A stretch of 64,000 bases of DNA from Candidatus Latescibacterota bacterium (lineage in GTDB: Bacteria > Latescibacterota > UBA2968 > UBA8231), in the NCBI GenBank assembly GCA_965215195.1, contig CBDCDC010000002.1, forward strand, positions 2,848,001-2,912,000, given 5' to 3'. The notes beneath the pieces were generated by a model. That model saw nothing but the letters and a program-made list of their open reading frames with translations, made no database searches and had not been told where the DNA came from. Shown piece by piece: positions 19,405 through 29,159 of the stretch. Positions within the stretch are counted from its first letter, which is position 1, and each line of letters starts with the position of its first letter. Made by a program: the position numbers and the translations under genes.

Positions 19405-20328
19405 ATGCTGGGCAAATTTTTCGACAAAGTAAAGCAGGGGTTGGCGCGGACGCGGCAGGCGATGACCGAGGTGATCGCTGGCAACCCCCGCTTGGACGAC
19501 GACGCAATTGACGATATCGAGACCGCCCTGATCGGCGCTGACATGGGGCTGGAGACAGCCACCGAACTCGTGGATCAGCTGCGCGAGCGGCTCAGGCGCG
19601 GGCAGATGGCGGCCGGACCGGCCGGGGTGATGAAGGTGCTGGAGGATCAAGTAGCCGCGATGATGACCCTCGGCAACAACGCGGCCTTGCCCCTAGCTGG
19701 CGAACTGCCGGGCAAGCCGTTTGTCGTGCTGCTCGTCGGCGTCAATGGCACCGGCAAGACCACGACAGCTGGCAAGCTGGCCAAGTGCTATGCCGATGCT
19801 GGCAAGAAGGTGGTGCTCGCGGCCGGCGACACGTTCCGGGCCGCGGCCATACCCCAACTCGCCATCTGGGCCGAGCGCGCCGGCGCCGACCTGATACGCA
19901 CGCAGCGCGGGGCCGACCCGGCGGCCGTGGCCTTTGACGCGCTCGCCGCGGCCAAGTCGCGCCGAGCCGACGTGCTGTTGGTCGATACGGCCGGCCGCTT
20001 GCACAACAAGGTCAACTTGATGGAGGAACTCAAAAAGATCCGCCGCTCGCTGGCCAAGCAAGACCCAGCGGCCCCGCACGAAACCCTGCTAATACTCGAC
20101 GGGACCAACGGCCAAAATGCCCTGTCGCAGGCGACCGCATTCAACCAAGCCACCACGTTGACCGGGCTCGTGCTGACCAAGCTGGACGGGACGGCTAAGG
20201 GCGGGATAGTCGTCGCGCTGCGGCGGCAGATGGATCTGCCCGTGAAGTTGATTGGGGTGGGCGAGGGCGTAGATGATTTGCAGCCGTTTGACGCGGCCGC
20301 ATTCGCCCGTGCGTTGTTCGCCGAGTGA
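19405..20328 (+). CDS. ftsY: SRP receptor FtsY
   Basis: GVNGTGKTTT, DTFRAAA, DTAGR, TKLDGTAKGG, GVGEGVDDLQPF. Confidence 0.96.
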   Translation: MLGKFFDKVKQGLARTRQAMTEVIAGNPRLDDDAIDDIETALIGADMGLETATELVDQLRERLRRGQMAAGPAGVMKVLEDQVAAMMTLGNNAALPLAGELPGKPFVVLLVGVNGTGKTTTAGKLAKCYADAGKKVVLAAGDTFRAAAIPQLAIWAERAGADLIRTQRGADPAAVAFDALAAAKSRRADVLLVDTAGRLHNKVNLMEELKKIRRSLAKQDPAAPHETLLILDGTNGQNALSQATAFNQATTLTGLVLTKLDGTAKGGIVVALRRQMDLPVKLIGVGEGVDDLQPFDAAAFARALFAE

Positions 20329-20332
20329 GGGA

Positions 20333-21445
20333 TTACAGCGCAGCTAGTGCGTCTTTTAGCTCCCCTCGTACTTCCGCATCTTCTTCTATTCCCAAGCGCC
20401 GTTTGAGCGCCCCTTTGGCCGCATCGCCCCCGAGTTGCCCCAGTGCCCAAGCCACGTGGCCGCGCACTAGCGGCTCTTCGTCGTCGAGTGCGCTGAGCAG
20501 GGCCGGCACGGCGGCCTGTACGCCCGAGTTGCCCAAGGCCACGGCCACGTTGCGCAAAAAGCCGCGGCGCTTAGGGCGCTTGATCGGGTTGCGGCGAAAC
20601 TGTGCGTTGAAGGCTGCGCGGTCGAGTTGGATCAGGTCGAGGAGTGCCGGGCTGTCGAGGTCGGAGCGGCTCTGGTAGGCCGGCTCTAAAGCCGGCGCAG
20701 CCTTGCGATTCCACGGGCACACCTCTTGACAGATGTCGCAGCCAAAGATCCACTGGCCCATGCCTTGGCGCAGGTCGCGGGGAATCGGCCCCTTGAGTTC
20801 GATGTTGAGATAGGAGATACAGCGCCTCGCGTCGAGCACGTACGGCTCGGGGAAGGCGTCGGTGGGGCAGGCGTCCAAGCAGCGCGTACAGGTGCCGCAG
20901 TGGTCTGGGGCGGGTTCGTCGTAGTCGAGTTTGAGGTCGGTGATGATTTCGGCCAAGAAGAAGTAGGAGCCGCGGCGCTTGTCGATCAGGCAGGTGTTCT
21001 TGCCCCACCAGCCCAAGCCCGCCCGCTGGGCCAGTTCGCGCTCTAGGACCGGGGCCGTATCCACAAAATAGCGGCCCTTCGCGGGCACCCCGGCCTCGGC
21101 TAGCGCGAATTCCCACAGGGCCGCCAAGCGCTTTTTGACAATGTCGTGGTAGTCGAAGCCGCGGGCGTAACAGGCGATCCGGCCGCGCAGGGGGTCGGGT
21201 GCGGCCGGCGTGGGCTGGTAGTAGTCCATGCCGAGGCAGATGGCGGTCTGGGCGCCGGGAACCATCCGGCGCGGGTCCTCGCGCTTGTCGAGGTGGCGCT
21301 TGAGGTAGTCCATCTGGCCAGCGTAGCCCAAGGCCACCCAGCGGGCGTAAAACTCGGCCCCTTCTAGCGGGTCGGCCGGGGCGAAGCCGACCGAGGTAAA
21401 GCCCAAGGCGCGGGCCTTGTGGCGAATTTGTTCGGTCAGGGACAT
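20333..21445 (-). CDS. queG: tRNA epoxyqueuosine reductase
   Basis: DYH, VDTAPVLER, CGTCTRCLDACP, GCDICQEVCPWN, C-terminal HEAT repeats. Confidence 0.93.
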   Translation of the reverse strand: MSLTEQIRHKARALGFTSVGFAPADPLEGAEFYARWVALGYAGQMDYLKRHLDKREDPRRMVPGAQTAICLGMDYYQPTPAAPDPLRGRIACYARGFDYHDIVKKRLAALWEFALAEAGVPAKGRYFVDTAPVLERELAQRAGLGWWGKNTCLIDKRRGSYFFLAEIITDLKLDYDEPAPDHCGTCTRCLDACPTDAFPEPYVLDARRCISYLNIELKGPIPRDLRQGMGQWIFGCDICQEVCPWNRKAAPALEPAYQSRSDLDSPALLDLIQLDRAAFNAQFRRNPIKRPKRRGFLRNVAVALGNSGVQAAVPALLSALDDEEPLVRGHVAWALGQLGGDAAKGALKRRLGIEEDAEVRGELKDALAAL

Positions 21446-21466
21446 GCCGGGCCGCGCAGGCAGGTA

Positions 21467-22777
21467 CTAAAACATCTCCGCGATGTGGCGGAAGACCATC
21501 TGATTGAGGTCGTTGAACGTGACCAGCACCATGATTAACAGCATGATGGCCAAGCCGATCTGCTGAAAAATTTCGCGCTGGCGCAGCGAGAGCGGTCGGC
21601 GCATGACGGCCTCTAGCGTGAGGAAGGTCAGGTGGCCGCCGTCGAGCACCGGGATGGGCAGGAGGTTGATAATCGCCAAGTTGACGCTGAGCATGGCGAG
21701 GAAGCTGACGAAGGAGTACAAGCCCTGCGCGGCGGTCTGCCCGGCTAGCTGGGCGATGCGCAAGGGGCCGCCCAATTCGTCGGTCGAGCGGTCGCCTTGG
21801 AAAAGCTCGCCCAAAAAGTCGAGGATCAGCCAAGAGGAATTGTACACGCCCAACCCCCCCAACACCACCGCACGACCCAGCCCAACGGTGTGGCGCGAGG
21901 CCTGCGGGCTGATGCCAATGCGGCCCACCTGCGCGTCGCCTTCGTCGTGGGTAGCCGGGGTGATTAGCTGCTCCATGCGCTGGCCGTCGCGCTCCCAAAC
22001 CAACTGGATCGTCTCGCCCGGATAGCGGCGGATTTCCTCGCTCATCTCGGCCCAGCTCACAACCGGGGCTTGGCCGATGGCGAGGATGATGTCGCCGGCT
22101 TGCAGGCCGAGGCTATCGGCCGGCATCCCGGAGACGACCTGCCCCACCGTTGTGGGGCGCATTAGCTGTACGCCGTAGCCCTCGTTTCCCGCGGGCGGCA
22201 GGTGGAGGTTAAAGAGGATGCCGTCGCGTTCGATTTCGAGGGCAGCCCCGCGGCTGGCGATCTCGTCCAAGGTGCTGGCCAGCTCGTAGGCATTGCCGAC
22301 GGGCGTACCCCCTACGGTGCGCACGCGATCGCCGCGCACCAGACCGGCCTCGGCCGCGAGGGAATTTTCTTGGGGGTTGACGCGGGTGCTATCGAAGGTG
22401 TCGATCCCGTAGGCACTAAAGAGGAAGATCAGGGCCGCAAAGGCGAAGAGGAAGTTCATAGCCGGGCCGGCCGCGATGACCGCCATGCGGATCCCCACCG
22501 ACCGCGAGGGAAATTCCCAGCGTGCGCCAGTGGTTTCCTCGCTGCCCACATCGGCCATGCCAGCTACCTTGACGTAACCGCCAAAGGGGACCCAAGAGAT
22601 GCAGTACTCGGTTTCGCCGCGGGTAAAGCCAATCATCTTGGGCGGGTAGCCCAATGAGAAGCGCTCGACGCGGATGCCCGCCCATTTGGCGACCAGAAAG
22701 TGGCCCAGCTCGTGGACAAAGACCAAGACGCCTAAGGCGATGAGAAATGAGGCAATAGTAGTGAGGGTATCGAACAT
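21467..22777 (-). CDS. rseP: RIP metalloprotease RseP
   Basis: HELGH, PFGGYV, two PDZ-like regions, NLLPIPVLDGGH. Confidence 0.95.
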   Translation of the reverse strand: MFDTLTTIASFLIALGVLVFVHELGHFLVAKWAGIRVERFSLGYPPKMIGFTRGETEYCISWVPFGGYVKVAGMADVGSEETTGARWEFPSRSVGIRMAVIAAGPAMNFLFAFAALIFLFSAYGIDTFDSTRVNPQENSLAAEAGLVRGDRVRTVGGTPVGNAYELASTLDEIASRGAALEIERDGILFNLHLPPAGNEGYGVQLMRPTTVGQVVSGMPADSLGLQAGDIILAIGQAPVVSWAEMSEEIRRYPGETIQLVWERDGQRMEQLITPATHDEGDAQVGRIGISPQASRHTVGLGRAVVLGGLGVYNSSWLILDFLGELFQGDRSTDELGGPLRIAQLAGQTAAQGLYSFVSFLAMLSVNLAIINLLPIPVLDGGHLTFLTLEAVMRRPLSLRQREIFQQIGLAIMLLIMVLVTFNDLNQMVFRHIAEMF

Positions 22778-22789
22778 ATCTAGTCCCTC

Positions 22790-23626
22790 TCAAGGAAAAA
22801 CGGCCAGCATATCCACGTAGAGATACGCCAGCGGAAAGGCCAAAAAATACGAGTCAAAGCGGTCGAGTAGGCCGCCGTGGCCCGGGATTAGCATGGGCGC
22901 GTCCTTGATGCCCATGTCGCGCTTAAAGGCCGATTCCACCAAGTCGCCCACTTGGGCACCAATACCCGCGACGAGCAAAAGCCCCAGCAGCGACGCGGTA
23001 GAAAAGGAGGGCAGCAGAAAGCCCAAGGGCATGGGAAGAGCGCTGCCGACTAGGCCGCCGATGCACCCGACCCGCGTCTTCTTCGGGCTGATGGCTGGTG
23101 CTAGCTTGGCCCGGCCCCAAAACCGACCGCTGAAGTACGCCCCGGAATCCGTGAGCCAGATGCAGAGGAAGAGCACGGCCACCAAGTGGCGAGCCTCTTC
23201 GCCCTTACCAGCCGCCTGAAAAAGCAGCAGCGGCGCACTGCCCAAGACGCCGAAGAGGAGCACGCCGCCCAACGTCAGAAAGGCGTTGGGCGCATAGTGC
23301 TCCGGGCCCTCGAACAAGGCCCACACCACAATTAGCAAGATGGCCGCCATCAGCAACGCGGCGAGGTCGTCGCCCGTGCCCTGTCGCCAGAAGTAGCTGC
23401 ACAGACCCAAGACCAACAAGCTGCCCGGCAGGCGAATGGGGCGATAGCCAGCCTCCGCTAGGATGTGGTGGTATTCCCACGAGCAGCGCGCTGCCACGGC
23501 CAGTACCAAGAGGAAGAGCGCCCAGCTAGCCCCTTCGACCAGCAGTAGAATCACCGGCACGAATACGGCCGCCGCGAGGACGCGCTGTCGCAGGCCGGAG
23601 GCCCCTGCCGCTGGGTCAGCCGCCAA
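22790..23626 (-). CDS. cdsA: Phosphatidate cytidylyltransferase
   Basis: DSGAYFSG, ISPKKT, GDLVESAFKR..GIKD, PGHGGLLDRFDS; start codon uncertain (TTG overlapping uppS end). Confidence 0.9.
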   Translation of the reverse strand: MAADPAAGASGLRQRVLAAAVFVPVILLLVEGASWALFLLVLAVAARCSWEYHHILAEAGYRPIRLPGSLLVLGLCSYFWRQGTGDDLAALLMAAILLIVVWALFEGPEHYAPNAFLTLGGVLLFGVLGSAPLLLFQAAGKGEEARHLVAVLFLCIWLTDSGAYFSGRFWGRAKLAPAISPKKTRVGCIGGLVGSALPMPLGFLLPSFSTASLLGLLLVAGIGAQVGDLVESAFKRDMGIKDAPMLIPGHGGLLDRFDSYFLAFPLAYLYVDMLAVFP

Positions 23627-24422
23627 AGCGCCTCTGCCGTTGCTGGTAGGCGGCAATGGCTTCGTACAGGTGCTGGCGGCGAAAATCCGGCCAATGCACA
23701 TCGCCGACAAAGCAGATTTCAGTATAGACCATCTGCCACGGGAGGAAGTTGCTCAACCGCATTTCGCCGCTGGTGCGGATTAACAAGTCCGGGTCGGGCA
23801 AGTTGGCTGTATAGAGGGCAGCGCTGATTTGTTCCTCGTCGATGTCTCGTGGGTTGAGCTGGCCAGCGGCCACTTCGGCGGCTAGCTTGCGGAAGGCATC
23901 GACGAGCTCGCTGCGGCCTCCGTAGTTGAGCGCCAAATTGAGCTTGAGGCCGGTGTTGTCTCTGGTCTGAGCGAGGGCGTGCTCTAGAGCCAATTGTATG
24001 GTCGGAGACAGCTCGTCGGTGCGGCCTATGGCGTTGAGCGATACGTTGTTTTCGTGAAGTTCCGACACTTCGTCGCGCAGGGACTCGTGCAGCCACTGCA
24101 TCAGCTCTTCTACTTCCGCTTCGGGCCGGGACCAATTCTCGGTCGAGAAGGTGTACAGGGTCAGTGCCTCAATTTGCAGTTGGCCGCAGGCGCGGACAAT
24201 GTCGCGCACGGACTCGCGGCCAAAGCGATGCCCCTCGGTCTTGGGCAGATTGCGCTCGACCGCCCAGCGCCTATCGCCGTCCATGATAATGGCGATGTGC
24301 TGAGGCAGGTTGCCCTCGTCCTTGAGGCACTGCTGGATGCGGAAGTCCTCTTCGGGGTTGAGGGGTTTTACTGGGTGGTACTCGCGGGGAGAAATTTCCA
24401 GCGGCAGAGCCTGCACACTCAT
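23616..24422 (-). CDS. uppS: Undecaprenyl diphosphate synthase
   Basis: HIAIIMDG.RRWA, FSTENW.RP, NYGGR, DLLIRTSGE.RLSNF. Confidence 0.95.
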   Translation of the reverse strand: MSVQALPLEISPREYHPVKPLNPEEDFRIQQCLKDEGNLPQHIAIIMDGDRRWAVERNLPKTEGHRFGRESVRDIVRACGQLQIEALTLYTFSTENWSRPEAEVEELMQWLHESLRDEVSELHENNVSLNAIGRTDELSPTIQLALEHALAQTRDNTGLKLNLALNYGGRSELVDAFRKLAAEVAAGQLNPRDIDEEQISAALYTANLPDPDLLIRTSGEMRLSNFLPWQMVYTEICFVGDVHWPDFRRQHLYEAIAAYQQRQRRFGG

Positions 24423-24581
24423 AGCGTAATTAAGGATGCTTCGGTGGGTTTTTGGGACGGCCATACGGCCCCTATCATAAATCCGGGCGCGTTTCGCCCT
24501 TGGCAAACAAGGCCGCGCCCATTTTGGTCAATCTAGGGGAAAGGCTCATATTCGTCAAGCAAGCCTAGGTGGCAGACGCGC

Positions 24582-24610
24582 TTGACGCCCATTCTAGGGG
24601 CCAGTATTAT
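24582..24610 (+). promoter_or_regulatory. Sigma70-type promoter, likely leaderless transcript
   Basis: TTGACG-N17-TATTAT, ATG begins 8 nt downstream (24618), no SD. Confidence 0.55.
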
Positions 24611-24617
24611 GGCACTT

Positions 24618-25214
24618 ATGAAGAATGAGGCGACGCGCACCCGCAAAAAACGGCTCAGAAAGCGCGTCCTAGCTGTGCGCATGGGTTTGGACCGCAGCCA
24701 AGTAGAAGTCAGCGGGCAGGCCATACTAGAGAGAGTCTTGGGGCTGGAGGCGTACCGCCGGGCCAAGCTCGTCCACACCTATGTTTCTAGCAAGGAAAAC
24801 GAGGTCGATACCCGCGCGTTGATCTGCACTTGCCTAGCGCAGGGCAAGCGGGTGGCCGTGCCGGTGGTGATGCCGGGCGCGAAGGCGATGGCCCACGCCC
24901 TGATCGACGGTCTAGACCAGCTCGTCGTCGGCTCCTATGGGCTGGCGCAACCTGACCCCGCTGAGATAGTTTGGTTGCCCGCAGAAGCTCGCATCGACTT
25001 GGTCGTAGTACCAGGTCTTGCCTTTGACCGGCGCGGGCAGCGCATCGGCTGGGGCGGCGGGTACTACGACCGCTTTTTAGCGCAAGTGCAAACCGTCAAA
25101 ATAGGGCTGTGCTACGACGAGCTGGTCCTAGACTGCATTCCCGGCGAGCCGCACGATGTGCCCGTGGACGTGGTCGTCGCCGAAACCGCCATTTACCAAG
25201 GAGGAATTGCATGA
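24618..25214 (+). CDS. 5-formyltetrahydrofolate cyclo-ligase
   Basis: KKRLRK N-terminus, EVDT, DLVVVPGLAFDRRGQRIGWGGGYYDRFL, EPHDVPVD. Confidence 0.93.
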   Translation: MKNEATRTRKKRLRKRVLAVRMGLDRSQVEVSGQAILERVLGLEAYRRAKLVHTYVSSKENEVDTRALICTCLAQGKRVAVPVVMPGAKAMAHALIDGLDQLVVGSYGLAQPDPAEIVWLPAEARIDLVVVPGLAFDRRGQRIGWGGGYYDRFLAQVQTVKIGLCYDELVLDCIPGEPHDVPVDVVVAETAIYQGGIA

Positions 25215-25525
25215 TCTACGAGTTGCGCATCTACCGCTTCCACAAGGGAGCCGACAACAAGGAGAAATTCCTCGCCGGCTTTGACGAGGCGCGTCGCTTT
25301 ATGCCCAAGTACGGCGTTGAGTTTGTGGCCGCATGGGAAAATCCCGACCGCGACGACGAGTTCATCTGGATTCGCGCCTTTCCCAATGCCAAGGCGCGCG
25401 ACAAGGCCATCGACGCGTACTACGCCAGCCCGGAATGGGCCAAGATCGTCGATCAGATCCGGCCGCTCATCCGCCGGCGAGAGGTGCGAGTGATGAAAGC
25501 ATTGCCCTATTCGACCCTGAAGTAA
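25211..25525 (+). CDS. NIPSNAP family protein
   Basis: MIYELRIY start, FIWIRAF, YYASPEW, PYS end; GGAGG RBS. Confidence 0.8.
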   Translation: MIYELRIYRFHKGADNKEKFLAGFDEARRFMPKYGVEFVAAWENPDRDDEFIWIRAFPNAKARDKAIDAYYASPEWAKIVDQIRPLIRRREVRVMKALPYSTLK

Positions 25526-26520
25526 TGTTCCGCATCGGCCCGATAACCGCTGATCCCGGCATCCTGCTAGCGCCCATGGAGGACGTGTCACAGCTACCCT
25601 TCCGCCTGATTTGCCGCGAACTGGGTGCCGATATCGCGTACACTGAATTCGTCAATGCCGAGGGTCTGTTGCGCGAGGACCCCAACGGGCCGCGCCGCGC
25701 TTTTCGCAAGCTGCGCTTTTCAGAGGCCGAGCGGCCCTTGGCGGTCCAGCTCTACGGCGCGGCCTCCCTGTCTATGGAGAAGGCCACCGAGATCGCCAGC
25801 GCACAGAATCCAGACTTCATCGACATCAACTGCGGCTGCTGGGTGAGCAATGTGGCGCTGCGCGGGGCCGGGGCCGGGCTGTTGCGCGACTTGCCGCAGA
25901 TGAAGGCGGTCGTCTCGCGCGTCATCGGCGCGACGCACCTGCCGGTGACCGTGAAGACGCGCCTCGGCTGGGACCAGCAGAGCATCCGCATCGTCGAGGT
26001 AGCCCAGATGCTCGAAGATCTGGGCGTGCAGGCGCTGGCCATTCACTGCCGCACCCGCGCACAAGGCCACAAGGGCGCGGTGGCCTACGAGTGGATACCC
26101 AAGGTCAAGGCCGCGGTCTCCATGCCGATCATTCTCAACGGCGACGTGACCTCGCCGCAGGCGGTCAAACGCGCCTTCGACAGCACGGGGTGCGACGGGG
26201 TGATGATCGGTCGCGGCGCCATCCGCCACCCGTGGATTTTCCGCGAATCCCAGCACTACCTAAAGACGGGTGCGCTCTTGCCCGAACCAAGCTGGCAGGA
26301 GCGCGCCGAGCTGTGCCTCAAGCACCTGCGACTGGCCGTTGAGCACGGCGGCCCGCAAGAGGCGCTGGTCGGCATGCGGCGTCACTACGCCGGGTACTTC
26401 CGCGGTTTGCGCGGTGCGGCGCGGCTCAGAGCCGAGCTAGCCAGCTACAAGGAGCTAGCCCCCTTGTTGGTGCGCCTCGCGGAACTGCGCGATACCGATC
26501 CAGAGCGCCTCGCCGCCTAA
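25525..26520 (+). CDS. dusB: tRNA-dihydrouridine synthase
   Basis: LAPMEDV, IDINCGC, VTVKTRLGW, IHCRT, NGDV, DGVMIGRGA. Confidence 0.9.
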   Translation: MFRIGPITADPGILLAPMEDVSQLPFRLICRELGADIAYTEFVNAEGLLREDPNGPRRAFRKLRFSEAERPLAVQLYGAASLSMEKATEIASAQNPDFIDINCGCWVSNVALRGAGAGLLRDLPQMKAVVSRVIGATHLPVTVKTRLGWDQQSIRIVEVAQMLEDLGVQALAIHCRTRAQGHKGAVAYEWIPKVKAAVSMPIILNGDVTSPQAVKRAFDSTGCDGVMIGRGAIRHPWIFRESQHYLKTGALLPEPSWQERAELCLKHLRLAVEHGGPQEALVGMRRHYAGYFRGLRGAARLRAELASYKELAPLLVRLAELRDTDPERLAA

Positions 26521-26653
26521 TCCCCGTCCCTTTGTCGCTTCCGCTGGACTGGTCCGATTCCCGTTTGATACCCCCCAACATGTGGACGGAGTATCTCGTA
26601 GCTTTCGCCGGATTGGTCTGGTCCTGTTGGTGCAAGATACATTAAATTTTTCT

Positions 26654-26677
26654 ATTGATTACATAGCAATAATCAAT
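26654..26677. promoter_or_regulatory. Inverted repeat upstream of ino1
   Basis: ATTGATTA-N8-TAATCAAT in the AT-rich leader. Confidence 0.3.
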
Positions 26678-26753
26678 TTGCTCAATGAATAGGACCCTCT
26701 AATTTTATCTTGAGGAAAGCGACACAACTCTTTTAATGCAAAAGGAGACTCCT

Positions 26754-28067
26754 GTGAACCAACCCAAATCCATCTCCCCGGCCACGGGCAAACTCGGCGT
26801 CCTAATTCCCGGCATGGGCGCTGTGGCCACTACGGTTATCGCCGGCGTCGAAGCCATCAAAGCCGGCATTGGCCAGCCCATCGGCTCGCTGACCCAGATG
26901 GGCACCATCCGCCTCGGCAAGCGCACCGAAGGACGCTCGCCGCTCATCAAGGACTTCGTGCCTCTGGCCGCTCTCGACAGCCTAGTCTTCGGCGGCTGGG
27001 ACGTCTTTTCAGAGGACGCCTATGACTCGGCTGTCCACGCCGGCGTCTTGGACAAGGGGCTGCTCAACCAGCTAGCGGACCCGCTCAAGGCCGTCAAGCC
27101 GATGCCGGCGGTTTTTGACCGCAACTACGTGCGCCGCCTCGAAGGCTCTAACGTCAAAAGTGCCAAGAGCAAGTGGGATGCCGTGCTCGAAGTGCGCGAA
27201 GACATCCAGCGCTTCAAGGCCGACAACCGCGTTGAGCGGCTGGTGATGATCTGGTGCGGCAGCACCGAGATTTTCATGCAGCACCACGAAGTACACGACT
27301 CGATCGAGAGCCTCGAAAAAGCCATCCGGGAAAACCACCCGGCCATCCCCCCGAGCATGATCTACGCGTACGCCGCGCTGCGGGAAGGGGTGCCCTTTCT
27401 AAACGGTGCGCCGAACTTGACCGTGGACGTCCCGGCCATGGTCGAATTGGCGCGGCAAAAGGGCGTGCCCATCGGCGGCAAGGACTTCAAGACCGGCCAG
27501 ACCATGATGAAGACCCTTTTAGCCCCGGGCCTCAAGGCGCGGATGCTCGGTGTGCAGGGCTGGTTTTCGACCAACATCTTGGGTAATCGCGACGGCGAGG
27601 TGCTTGACGACCCGGATTCGTTCAAGACCAAGGAAGTCAGCAAGCTTGACGTGCTGGAGTTCATCTTGCAGCCCAACCTCTACCCCCAGCTCTACGGCGA
27701 CATTTACCACAAAGTGCGGATCAACTACTATCCTCCGCGCGGCGACGAAAAGGAGGGCTGGGACAACATCGACATCTTCGGCTGGCTGGGCATGCCCATG
27801 CAGATCAAGGTCGATTTCCTGTGCCGCGATTCAATCCTCGCCGCGCCGCTGGTCTTGGACTTGGTGCTGTTTGCCGACTTGGCCCAGCGAGCGCAGATGG
27901 CGGGGATCCAAGAGTGGCTCTCGTTTTACTTCAAAAGCCCGATGACCGCGCCCGACCTCTACCCCGAACACGACCTTTTTATTCAGCTAATGAAGCTCAA
28001 GAACACGCTGCGCTTCTTGCAGGGCGAAGACCTAATTACCCACTTGGGTCAAGAATACTACGACTAG
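26754..28067 (+). CDS. ino1: myo-inositol-1-phosphate synthase
   Basis: GGWD, GKDFKTGQT, NILGNRDG, CRDSILAAPL, SFYFKSP. Confidence 0.93.
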   Translation: MNQPKSISPATGKLGVLIPGMGAVATTVIAGVEAIKAGIGQPIGSLTQMGTIRLGKRTEGRSPLIKDFVPLAALDSLVFGGWDVFSEDAYDSAVHAGVLDKGLLNQLADPLKAVKPMPAVFDRNYVRRLEGSNVKSAKSKWDAVLEVREDIQRFKADNRVERLVMIWCGSTEIFMQHHEVHDSIESLEKAIRENHPAIPPSMIYAYAALREGVPFLNGAPNLTVDVPAMVELARQKGVPIGGKDFKTGQTMMKTLLAPGLKARMLGVQGWFSTNILGNRDGEVLDDPDSFKTKEVSKLDVLEFILQPNLYPQLYGDIYHKVRINYYPPRGDEKEGWDNIDIFGWLGMPMQIKVDFLCRDSILAAPLVLDLVLFADLAQRAQMAGIQEWLSFYFKSPMTAPDLYPEHDLFIQLMKLKNTLRFLQGEDLITHLGQEYYD

Positions 28068-28400
28068 GTGCTTGGGCGATAAGTAGGTGAGTACTACGCT
28101 GGGTTGGTGGCTGCTCACGACAAGCAGTGCGTAACGAGCCATTCTGAGAGACACCTCCACGCTTTACGTAATTCTCGCTGCCGAGCATTCGCGGGCTGTC
28201 GCTGAGCGGCAACGGTAATCCTGTGCGTAAACATCGATGTGCAGCCTCAAGAAATAGACCAATTGAATGAAGAGGAAGACTTGCTCGCTCTATTGAGCGC
28301 GTGCGCCAAGTCGGTCTATCGGTTTTCGGGTGATGTACAGTTCTTTGAAGGTGATGGCTTGCCATTTTGATGACCGTGAACGCCCCAGAGTTGACGGAAA

Positions 28401-28460
28401 AATGAGTTTATTCCCGTTGTGGAACCGGCGGAAGAGGGAGGGTATTTCGTCTAATGTCGA
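28401..28460 (+). pseudogene. Possible HicB-like antitoxin fragment
   Basis: NEFIPVVEPAEEGGYFV* resembles HicB N-termini; premature TAA. Confidence 0.35.
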
Positions 28461-28505
28461 TTCCGCTCGAGTCGTCGCTATACTTCGGTTGCTACAATCA
28501 GCGGG

Positions 28506-29117
28506 TTGATCATGGATGCATTCGTATTTGAGGAAATGCTATCGGAGCTGTGTCAGCACCTAACATCCGAGGCGCAACAAGGCGCGACGTATGAGCGAGC
28601 CAGCGACTTCGAGGATAGGGTAAGGCTTGAGCTTGCGTCAATGCCCCAACTAGAGGCGGTGTCAATAGACTTCTCTCCCCATCCTCACCAATTCCCGGAT
28701 ATCATACTCGGCGCGTACGGCATAGAAGTAAAGTTCACAAAAGGCGATAGCTGGCGAAGCGTCGCCAACAGTGTCTTTGAAAGCACTCGTGATTCCTCGG
28801 TGACGAACATTTATGTGGTGTACGGGAAGATCGGCGGCCAACCTGAAGTTAAATGGGAAAAGTACGATGAGTGCGTCATCCATGTCCGCACATCTCACGT
28901 ACCGCGTTTCGAGATCGAAATAGGCAGTGACCGATCTCTGTTCGCTACAATGGGAATCTCGTATGCCGAGTTTCGCGCACTTTCGACCGAAGACCGGATG
29001 ATTCAAATTCGCAAGTATGCACGGAGTCGGCTGCGTCCTAACGAGCGGCTATGGTGGCTAGAAGAGTCTCGAACCGGCTTTGTTCAAAGAGTACTGGGGA
29101 TGTGTGGTTGCGCCTGA
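28506..29117 (+). CDS. Putative type II restriction endonuclease, probably C-terminally truncated
   Basis: FPDII...GIEVK PD-(D/E)XK motif, convergent with a C5 methyltransferase. Confidence 0.65.
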   Translation: MIMDAFVFEEMLSELCQHLTSEAQQGATYERASDFEDRVRLELASMPQLEAVSIDFSPHPHQFPDIILGAYGIEVKFTKGDSWRSVANSVFESTRDSSVTNIYVVYGKIGGQPEVKWEKYDECVIHVRTSHVPRFEIEIGSDRSLFATMGISYAEFRALSTEDRMIQIRKYARSRLRPNERLWWLEESRTGFVQRVLGMCGCA

Positions 29118-29159
29118 GCAGAGAATTTGCAAATGGCTAGAGCTAGCCGATGGCTATGC

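Noticed and set aside
20571-21998. Long alternative-frame ORFs (e.g. 20571-21998, 43008-44201, 54639-55628, 17688-18695)
   Set aside because: Shadow ORFs overlapping well-supported genes in GC-rich DNA, with no motifs
24423-24617. 6S RNA upstream of 5-formyl-THF cyclo-ligase
   Set aside because: The region holds divergent promoter signals and no long rod-like pairing was evident; an Rfam scan would be decisive
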